A stretch of DNA of 64,000 nucleotides from NCBI GenBank assembly GCA_043800335.1, contig JAZDNC010000012.1:1017-65016 (forward strand), in the 5' to 3' direction. The position numbers and the translations under genes are program-made. Within the stretch, counting starts at the first letter, position 1. The number at the start of each line of letters is the position of its first letter. The notes beneath the pieces are model-generated. The model saw only the letters and a list, made by a program, of their open reading frames with translations. It ran no database searches and was not told the DNA's origin. Shown piece by piece: positions 57,544 through 64,000 of the stretch. This DNA is from Chloroflexota bacterium. GTDB taxonomy: Bacteria; Chloroflexota; Dehalococcoidia; Dehalococcoidales; JAZDNC01.

Positions 57544-57680
57544 TTTCATTATGTCATGTCAGAACTCCACTGCCCACTGCTCCTTCCCCTGTATGTCTGG
57601 CAAGCATAGCCGACACTCCTTTTCTGACTATAGCTCAGGTACAGCTTCCAAAAGTCCTGACTTTTGAAGACCCAGCCGGG

Positions 57681-59564
57681 CTACCTCTCCTTCCAGAGGT
57701 CTTCAGCCTCCTTGTTGAGTCCCAGCTTCTTAAGTGTCTCCGGCCAGGGCTTGCCCGACTTCCTGTCCCAGCCCATGTGCTTGTAGTACTCGTCCAGCAT
57801 GTGGCTCCAGCCCGGCTTGATGTCCTTGCCCTTCGCCGGACCATCCACCGGCACCGAGCTGTACAGGATTGACGGGGCTTCCACCGCCAGGCTGACCCCG
57901 TGCCTCAGATTGAAAGCCCGCATCAGATTCACTTCTCTGTCGGCAGCAGCAACGGCATCCTCAAACGTCATTTTCCAGCCCGTGGCGGCGTTAACAATGT
58001 TTAAAAGGAGAGTGAAGTCCGGCCCCGCCCTCATGTTGCAGAGCCCCAGGAGGTCGATGAACTGACGTCTCGGCTTAAACTTGGCTACCATAAGAGCTAC
58101 CTGGTCGGTAGAGTACGGGTCGGTAAATGCCGGCAGTTTGAATTCGGCAGGTATCGCCCCCATGATGGGACCGGTCTCGATCGTACCCTGGCTGGAGGTG
58201 GCATAGTCCAGCTCCTCAGTCCAGCGCGCCCGGTGGTCGTGACCGCGGGGAGCATGACCCTTCTGGATGTAAGCCGCATACTTCAGGGCTTCCCCACCAA
58301 TCTGCTCCGCCGCCCGCTTGATGCCCTCCGCCAGTATGTTGCCAAACCCCTCGCGATGCGCCACCTTGTGCAGCATCCGCCTCACCGCCTCGACATTCCC
58401 CCACTTCATCTCCAGCCCGCCGGTGTCCTCCTTACCAATAATGCCCCGCTCGTAGATGTCAACCACAAAGGACATGAGCCAGCCCGCTTCGTTGACATCA
58501 AAGCCGAGCTTGTCCACCTCGTTGGACAGCACAAAGACCCCCGGGATATCATAGTTCATCAGATTGGGACCAAGCTCCGACCAGCACTCATACTCGGGCT
58601 CCTCACCCACATAACCGGCATAGGGCCCATCCTTGACCGTCATGATGTGGAGGTGATGCGTGGGACAGGCCCAGCAGGGGCTGGGCTTAATCTCAAAGCT
58701 CTTGCTCTTGCGGTAGTTCTCACCTAAAAACGCCTCGTGGTTGGGGAAGAGGTTGGTGTTCATGTTCTTGACCGGCAGGTAGCCTATAGAAAGCGCACCC
58801 GGGAAAGACATGCTCGTCCCCCAGTTGAACGAGTTCTGCCCCGCCGGCGTGCTCACGATGTTGTCGTTCATCGCCTGCGCCAGTTCAGCAAGTTTCTCAG
58901 CATCAAAAACCGGGGCGCTACCCTTACCCCGGGCAACCGCAATCGCCTTGAGCCGCTTGGAACCCATCACCGCACCGGTGCCGTTGTGGGCGGCAGCGTG
59001 TCCCTTGTCCCCGATGACACCGGAAAACTTAATCAGGTTCTCACCCGCCGGCCCGATGCAGAAGACGCTCATCCCCCTCTCGTTGAAACCAAGTTCCTTC
59101 TTGATGGTATCTTCGGTCTCCCAGGTGTCTTTCCCGAGTAGGTGCCGGGCATCTTTGAGCTCTGCCTTGCCGTCATGAATGTAGAGGTAGACCCAGTGGT
59201 CGGCAGCTCCCTGCACAATTACCCCGACCAGCCCGTTGAACCTCAAATAAGCTCCGAAGTAGCCGTTAGCCTGGGTGGCAGTGCCACCATTGGTGAGAGG
59301 GCCTTTGGTCACCAACGAAAACGTACCTGTGCCCGATACCCTCGTGCCACCAATCGGACCAGTGGCAAATATCATCCGGTTCTCCGGGTCTGCCCACTCC
59401 ACACCCGGCGGGACCTCGTCATAGAGAATCCTAGCGCCGAAGCCCGTCCCGCCCACGTATTTCTTCACTACGCTTTGTTCAAGGGTCTTCGTCGTGATTC
59501 TCTTGGTCGATAGGTTGACTCTTACGAACTTGCCTTCGTAGGCCGGAGCCTTCTCTGGTGCCAT
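57681..59564 (-). CDS. Tungsten-type aldehyde:ferredoxin oxidoreductase (AOR family), paralogue 2
   Basis: 627 aa, roughly 60% identical by eye to AOR-1. GAAGGAGG lies before the ATG. The cluster motif reads CWACPTHHL, where AOR-1 has CWSCRSHHC. Confidence 0.9.
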   Translation of the reverse strand: MAPEKAPAYEGKFVRVNLSTKRITTKTLEQSVVKKYVGGTGFGARILYDEVPPGVEWADPENRMIFATGPIGGTRVSGTGTFSLVTKGPLTNGGTATQANGYFGAYLRFNGLVGVIVQGAADHWVYLYIHDGKAELKDARHLLGKDTWETEDTIKKELGFNERGMSVFCIGPAGENLIKFSGVIGDKGHAAAHNGTGAVMGSKRLKAIAVARGKGSAPVFDAEKLAELAQAMNDNIVSTPAGQNSFNWGTSMSFPGALSIGYLPVKNMNTNLFPNHEAFLGENYRKSKSFEIKPSPCWACPTHHLHIMTVKDGPYAGYVGEEPEYECWSELGPNLMNYDIPGVFVLSNEVDKLGFDVNEAGWLMSFVVDIYERGIIGKEDTGGLEMKWGNVEAVRRMLHKVAHREGFGNILAEGIKRAAEQIGGEALKYAAYIQKGHAPRGHDHRARWTEELDYATSSQGTIETGPIMGAIPAEFKLPAFTDPYSTDQVALMVAKFKPRRQFIDLLGLCNMRAGPDFTLLLNIVNAATGWKMTFEDAVAAADREVNLMRAFNLRHGVSLAVEAPSILYSSVPVDGPAKGKDIKPGWSHMLDEYYKHMGWDRKSGKPWPETLKKLGLNKEAEDLWKER

Positions 59565-59643
59565 TTATACCTCCTTCTTATTCCTCCTACCTGTTTTGAC
59601 CGATATAAGCCTCTTTTCCCGCTAGCGCCTCCTTACTTCGCTA

Positions 59644-59946
59644 TTAGCCTCCATAATATAAAGGCAAAAGAACAATGGTATCACCATCCTTGAGCCTGGT
59701 CTCTGAGACCTCCTTGAAGGTCAGGAGCTTGTTATTGAGGATAACGCTTATCTGGTCGTTCAGACCACCCGTATCCGGATTGAAGACCGCCTCACGAAAG
59801 CCCGGATAGGTGGCGACGAGATTCATGAGCAGGTTGTCAACAGTGGCACTATCCTTCATCTCCTTCTCCAGGGTAAGCCAGCCGGTAGCTTTAGCATCAA
59901 GCATCCTAGCAATCCAGGAGGGGAGTCTGAGTTTGACTTTAGCCAA
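59644..59946 (-). CDS. MoaD/ThiS-family ubiquitin-like sulfur-carrier protein
   Basis: About 100 aa ending ...DGDTIVLLPLYYGG (C-terminal Gly-Gly). TTG at 59946 chosen as start (MAKVKLRLP...). Confidence 0.75.
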   Translation of the reverse strand: MAKVKLRLPSWIARMLDAKATGWLTLEKEMKDSATVDNLLMNLVATYPGFREAVFNPDTGGLNDQISVILNNKLLTFKEVSETRLKDGDTIVLLPLYYGG

Positions 59947-59964
59947 TACGCACCGTCCTTCAGA

Positions 59965-59999
59965 TGATAATAAAAAAGCCCACACCTACATGCGGGCTT
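59965..59999 (-). terminator. Leader terminator about 20 nt upstream of the moaD-like start
   Basis: Minus-strand AAGCCCGCA-uguagg-UGUGGGCUU: a 9-bp stem with one G.U pair, followed by UUUUAUUAU. Confidence 0.6.
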
Positions 60000-60112
60000 C
60001 CCGTTCCCATTCTCTTTCCCCCACGGCGAGGCGCGGAACTCGCTTTCATCAATGCTTACTTCCTCTGCCGGCACAGCCAAAAGATTATGAATTATATGAG
60101 GTTTTGGTGGTT

Positions 60113-60141
60113 ATTATAGACCTTTCCCAGCATTTGAGCAA
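60113..60141 (-). promoter_or_regulatory. Candidate promoter of the moaD-like / AOR-2 unit
   Basis: Minus-strand TTGCTC (60141..60136), 17-nt spacer, TATAAT (60118..60113). Predicts a leader of about 155 nt. Confidence 0.45.
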
Positions 60142-60186
60142 CTTAAGCCCAGATACAGAACCTAGCCAAACGACAGCGCCCAGGCT

Positions 60187-61398
60187 TTAACCCGCTACCC
60201 TCTTTCTCTTCAAGAGTACCGGGGATAGGGCAAGCGTTGTCACGAACATGGTTAGCCCGGTGAGCCCCAGGGCGCTACCGAAGCTGAGGTGGTCGAAGAG
60301 AAATCCCAGGAGCGGCGCGGTGAGCCCGGGAGCACCACGGCTGGCGAAGTAGTAGACACCTAGCGCCGTCGAGCGTTTGGACTCGGCTATCTGGCTTATG
60401 ATGTAAGACTCGGAGATGACCATACGGACATACTGCACCATGACGATTAAAATAAGCACCGCGCCCAGGGGAACTCCATAGGGCATCAGATTAATCAAAT
60501 AGATGGCAGGGCTGACCAGCAGGCTCGCCACGACCATAATATTCAGTTTACCGATTCGGTCGGAGAGAAGCCCGCCGAGAGGTCCCGCCAGCATTCCGCC
60601 GGAGCGGGCGATGGTGAGCCAGACCGCCGCCGTCTCCTTGCTCGTCTTAAAACGGCTCACCATGAAGACGGGGATAAATGTAGTTACGGTCTGTATGATA
60701 GCCTGACCTATCACGCTCAGGACGATAAAAGCCCCGACCTTGGTGAGGCTATCGGCGTTGGCCGGTGCCATCGCTGACTTCTCTTCCTTTGCCTGCGGTC
60801 TGGTCATTCTCTTAGACTTTCCCATCAGCAGGAAGGCTATCACCCCGAACACTATCCCCGGGATGGAGATAACAATAAATGAGCTACGCCAGCCACCAAA
60901 AGCGACAGCGACAGCGGCGGCAGCTACCGGGACGATGAAGGGGCTGGCACTACCTCCCGCCTGGTGGATGCCGAGCGCCGCCCCGCGGTTTTCCGGCGCG
61001 GTTGAGTCAGAGATTTGGGGGGCTGCGGCGGAGTGGTAGCCCCCGCCGATGATGCCCATCAATATCATGCAAATAACGAGAATTGGGAAGGTCGGGGAGA
61101 GCCCGGTGAGAAACCCCATGACGGCGACGCCGAAAACACCCATGGTAACAACCCAGCGGGAACCGATGCGGTCAGCCAGCCACCCGATAGGCAACTGGCT
61201 GAAGCCGTAGGTCAGGGTGAAAGCCGAGGTCAGCCAGCCAATCTGGGTATTGCTCAGGCTAAACTCCTCGCGGATGTAAGGCAAAAGCGGGTTCAACAGC
61301 CCGGGAATCAGGTGGTGGAAAAAGTGGGCGAGGACAAAGAGCAAGAGCATCCCCGAAAGATATGAGCGTATCCCGGACTTCTTAGAGGTTATTTCCAT
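60187..61398 (-). CDS. MFS transporter
   Basis: 403 aa, about 12 TM segments, and a GWLADRIGSR loop motif. Confidence 0.88.
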   Translation of the reverse strand: MEITSKKSGIRSYLSGMLLLFVLAHFFHHLIPGLLNPLLPYIREEFSLSNTQIGWLTSAFTLTYGFSQLPIGWLADRIGSRWVVTMGVFGVAVMGFLTGLSPTFPILVICMILMGIIGGGYHSAAAPQISDSTAPENRGAALGIHQAGGSASPFIVPVAAAAVAVAFGGWRSSFIVISIPGIVFGVIAFLLMGKSKRMTRPQAKEEKSAMAPANADSLTKVGAFIVLSVIGQAIIQTVTTFIPVFMVSRFKTSKETAAVWLTIARSGGMLAGPLGGLLSDRIGKLNIMVVASLLVSPAIYLINLMPYGVPLGAVLILIVMVQYVRMVISESYIISQIAESKRSTALGVYYFASRGAPGLTAPLLGFLFDHLSFGSALGLTGLTMFVTTLALSPVLLKRKRVAG

Positions 61399-61594
61399 AG
61401 ATTTATCGCACTTCCTTCTGCGTTACGTTTAAGTTAGATAACAATACGATGTGCGATATATTACTACTAAAACTCCAAAACTGCACGCCAGAGAGATAAC
61501 AGGTCGCTTTGATGTAGATGCCAAGCCTGTTATAATCGGGATACTGGAACAAGCCAAAGTGGAAGGGAGTCAAGAATCTTCTGGGAGGCAGTAT

Positions 61595-62011
61595 ATGAGT
61601 AGGCAATTGCCCTGGTTAAAAGTAAAGATGGCTCCGGTAAACATTGAGAGGTTACAGGAAGAGCATATCCCTGAAAAACCAGGCGTTTATATTATGTTAT
61701 CCGACCATACGGAGTACGTTTATCCTTGGAGTGATAAAAATGGTAGTTCAGGAGTTTACTACATTGGACGCTCCAATAATCTGAGAACGCGATTGAAAAC
61801 CCATAAAAGGTATTGCTCACAAAGAATATCAGACCGTGACCGAAGTTATTACTGGCCTTTTTACGAGTATGCGGCTCACCATGGATGTAATGTTGTATGG
61901 ATAATTTCTATGAATCATAAAGACACCGAGAAGGAACTATTGGTTGCCTTTGCAAATTACTATGGAGCAAAACCTGTTGCGAATGGACAATCTGGTTGGC
62001 CCCCACCATAG
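61595..62011 (+). CDS. GIY-YIG nuclease-domain protein
   Basis: PGVYIML...VYYIGRSNNLRTRLKTH motif. GGGAGG lies before the ATG at 61595. Low GC. Confidence 0.65.
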   Translation: MSRQLPWLKVKMAPVNIERLQEEHIPEKPGVYIMLSDHTEYVYPWSDKNGSSGVYYIGRSNNLRTRLKTHKRYCSQRISDRDRSYYWPFYEYAAHHGCNVVWIISMNHKDTEKELLVAFANYYGAKPVANGQSGWPPP

Positions 62012-62119
62012 AAGAGAGGATAGTTACATATGCAAAGCGCAGCTTTTATTGCCTAGTAAGCACAGAAGACCAAAAAGAAGAAGGCGCCAGCCTCCAGAAC
62101 ATAAATCTTTGTCAGTGAA

Positions 62120-62160
62120 ATAAAAAAGGCGTCTGGCTTTTATACCAGACGCCCTCTTAA
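62120..62160. terminator. Bidirectional intrinsic terminator (dnaN and GIY-YIG gene)
   Basis: GGCGTCTGG-cttttata-CCAGACGCC, flanked by an A-run on one side and T-rich sequence on the other. Confidence 0.7.
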
Positions 62161-62180
62161 TTTTGCTCGAAGCTAATTTA

Positions 62181-63320
62181 CTACCATTGAACGAACATCG
62201 GCATCACCACATGGGTATAGTTCTCACTGCCGACAGGACGGATGACGCCGGGGCTTGAGGAGGTGGTCATCTCCAGGGCTACCTTCTCCTCCTTGAGCAC
62301 GCTCAGCACATCAATTAGGTATCTCCCGTTAAAGGCAATCTTGGCTTCAGTTTTGCCCTCGACCACCGCATCAATCTCGCCGACATTATCCCCGACCTCC
62401 TCGGCGCGTGCCGAGACCGTCAGCTTGCCCGGGGTAAGCTGGCTTGAGCCAGGGGTGACGAGCAGTCTCACGATGTTGCTCCCGTCACGGGCGAAAATTG
62501 CCGCCGTCCTGGCGGCACGCAGGAAATCGGATACTGCCACCTCACAGCGGGTCTCACTCTTCTGCGGGATGAGCTGGGCATACTGGGGGAACGTCCCCTG
62601 CACCAGTTGAGAGACAAGCTCGGTGTTCTTCAGCTTGAAGAGGGCTTGCCCCTTCTTGGGGTTGACGGTTACCTGAACCTCTTCGGTATCGTCAGGGATG
62701 AGCCGGTTCAGCTCGGCAAGAGTTCTCGCCGGGATGATTGCCTCGGTCTTTTCTTTCACTGGCTCTAAGAGGGGTATCTTGTAAACGGCGAGCCGGAAGC
62801 CATCAGCCGCCGCCAGGGTGAGGCTACCCTCTTCAAAGAGGGAGTGGATGCCAGTGAGCACCGGGCGGGACTCATCAACCGCCGCGGCGAAGACCACCTG
62901 ACTGATGCCCTGGCGCAGTGCAGCGACCGAAATTTTGGTGGTGATACCCTCTTCCACGGCAGGGATGGGCGGGAAATCCTTGGCATCAATCCCGCTGATA
63001 CGGGCTTCAAACCGGGCACATTTGAGCTGCAATGTCTTGCTCCCGGGGAGCAGGCTAATATCAATTGTGTCATTAGGTAAAGAGGTCACAAACTCGGTAA
63101 TCAGCCGCGCCGGCACGGTAATCGCCCCCTCTGCCTCCACCTTGCCCCCGAGCCAGGTCGAAATCGCCATCTCCAGATTGGTGGCAACCAGCTTGAGCCG
63201 GGACTCGTCGGTCGCCAGAAGGACGTTCTGGGTGATGGGCAGGGTGGTTCTCTGGGCAATCGCCCGTCCCACGATACCAAGCCCCCGGCTGAGATTCTCT
63301 TGCAGACAGGACAGTTTCAT
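62181..63320 (-). CDS. dnaN: DNA polymerase III beta sliding clamp
   Basis: MKLSCLQENLSRGL start. Three-domain length of 379 aa, ending MPMFVQW. Confidence 0.93.
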   Translation of the reverse strand: MKLSCLQENLSRGLGIVGRAIAQRTTLPITQNVLLATDESRLKLVATNLEMAISTWLGGKVEAEGAITVPARLITEFVTSLPNDTIDISLLPGSKTLQLKCARFEARISGIDAKDFPPIPAVEEGITTKISVAALRQGISQVVFAAAVDESRPVLTGIHSLFEEGSLTLAAADGFRLAVYKIPLLEPVKEKTEAIIPARTLAELNRLIPDDTEEVQVTVNPKKGQALFKLKNTELVSQLVQGTFPQYAQLIPQKSETRCEVAVSDFLRAARTAAIFARDGSNIVRLLVTPGSSQLTPGKLTVSARAEEVGDNVGEIDAVVEGKTEAKIAFNGRYLIDVLSVLKEEKVALEMTTSSSPGVIRPVGSENYTHVVMPMFVQW

Positions 63321-63350
63321 CGCTCTCCCCCTTCAAATTTCATTATCCGG

Positions 63351-64000
63351 CTAACCCTGTTCCAGTATGATAGTGCCGCTCTTACCCCCACTCTTCCGGA
63401 CAAGACGCAGGTTGTCCAGCCTCATCCCCCGGTCTACAGCTTTACACATGTCATAGATGGTGAGGGCAGCCACCGCCGCCGCCGTCATGGCTTCCATCTC
63501 GACCCCGGTCTTGCCCATGCTCTTGACCCGCGCCGTAATCTCCACGGTGCTCGCTTTCTCGTCCACCGCAAATTCAACACTAATCTCTCCAATCAATATC
63601 GGGTGGCAGAGTGGAATCAGGTGGGGCGTCTCCTTCGCCGCCATGATACCGGCAAGCTGTGCCGTAGTGAAGACATCCCCCTTGGCGATTTCGCCCTTCA
63701 CAATCTTGGCCAGGGTGGCGGGCTGCATCCTGATGAGGCTCTTTGCCACCGCTTCCCTCTCGGTATCGGGCTTGGCAGAGATGTCAACCATCCGGGGATG
63801 CCCGGCGGCATCAATGTGTGATAGCTCGGCTGCTTTGACCGCAGATACCGGCTTAACCGGTTCTTGCCCGACCTTTTTCCCAGACGCTTGAGCTTTTGCC
63901 GATACAGCCTGGACAATTTCGGCATTATCTGAAAGGCTGGTAGCCAGGGCGTGAGCTTCCTTGTGAAACGGGTTTTCAGAGTCTCCGTCAACCCATTCCC
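63351..64000 (-). CDS. moaC: Cyclic pyranopterin monophosphate synthase MoaC; the ORF stays open to the window edge
   Basis: MVDISAKPDTEREA...IPLCHP motifs. The conserved MoaC N-terminus (ELSHIDAAGHPR) lies upstream of the track Met. The same frame has no stop and no ATG/GTG/TTG up to nt 64000. Confidence 0.85.
   Translation of the reverse strand, partial: EWVDGDSENPFHKEAHALATSLSDNAEIVQAVSAKAQASGKKVGQEPVKPVSAVKAAELSHIDAAGHPRMVDISAKPDTEREAVAKSLIRMQPATLAKIVKGEIAKGDVFTTAQLAGIMAAKETPHLIPLCHPILIGEISVEFAVDEKASTVEITARVKSMGKTGVEMEAMTAAAVAALTIYDMCKAVDRGMRLDNLRLVRKSGGKSGTIILEQG

Noticed and set aside
1-59564. The two ThDP/AOR cassettes as a recent large inverted repeat or composite transposon.
   Set aside because: Gene order is permuted between the copies, and the nucleotide sequences are clearly diverged (roughly 80% for the ThDP genes and lower for the AORs). 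No IS, transposase or terminal repeats flank them. They are old paralogues.
62181-63320. dnaN as a marker of the replication origin.
   Set aside because: No dnaA gene is adjacent (moaC lies upstream). I saw no cluster of TTATCCACA-like DnaA boxes or an AT-rich unwinding region nearby.
1-64000. tRNA, rRNA or tmRNA genes in intergenic regions.
   Set aside because: I found no GTTCGAATC-type T-arm or cloverleaf-compatible sequence in any intergenic gap. The only GGTTCGAA match (about 3668) is inside a CDS.

Overview
This 64-kb window looks like chromosomal DNA from a strictly anaerobic bacterium. GC is roughly 50-55% by eye. The gene content fits a Chloroflexota/Dehalococcoidia-like or similar anaerobe, but I cannot confirm taxonomy from this sequence.

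Most of the window is densely packed housekeeping genes:
- Cofactor and RNA modification: coaD, rsmD, nadK, tsaD, tilS.
- Translation: gatCA, trpS, argS, rpmB.
- Replication and repair: recG, dnaN.
- Purine synthesis: purFMH.
- A MacAB-type efflux set.
- A reductive-branch C4 cluster of carboxyltransferase, malic enzyme and class I fumarase.

The main metabolic features are:
- A complete apbE-rnfCDGEAB operon (11676..17587, minus strand).
- Two diverged paralogous gene pairs, each a ThDP-dependent enzyme plus a tungsten-type aldehyde:ferredoxin oxidoreductase. One pair sits at each end of the window (1..3346 and 55430..59564). The second pair is preceded by a MoaD-like gene and a terminator-containing leader.

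The most interesting observation concerns rnfE. It is a single reading frame interrupted only by TGA. That TGA falls exactly on the conserved Fe-S-ligand cysteine column. It is followed at the correct spacing by a stem-loop whose apical AGGUCU/GGUC loop resembles the E. coli fdhF SECIS. This makes rnfE a candidate selenocysteine-containing RnfE. The alternative is a nonsense-inactivated Rnf.

Other points worth a second look:
- A low-GC island after gatA encodes a DUF262 ParB-like protein translationally coupled to a HEPN-motif protein, plus two small coupled genes.
- A lone low-GC PLD-family nuclease carries two zinc ribbons.
- A CNNM/CorC gene carries a 15-bp insertion (10 bp plus a 5-bp direct repeat) that introduces an in-frame TAG.
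- An MBL-hydrolase gene is multiply disrupted and is a pseudogene.
- A REP/MITE-like palindromic repeat family (GTCATTGCGAG...GGCAATCCG) occurs at five intergenic loci.
- purF has no canonical start codon ahead of its catalytic Cys.
- One gene fuses a nicotinamidase to a nicotinate phosphoribosyltransferase.

I found no rRNA, tRNA, CRISPR array or IS element. All protein calls rest on motif recognition by eye, and no database search was possible.
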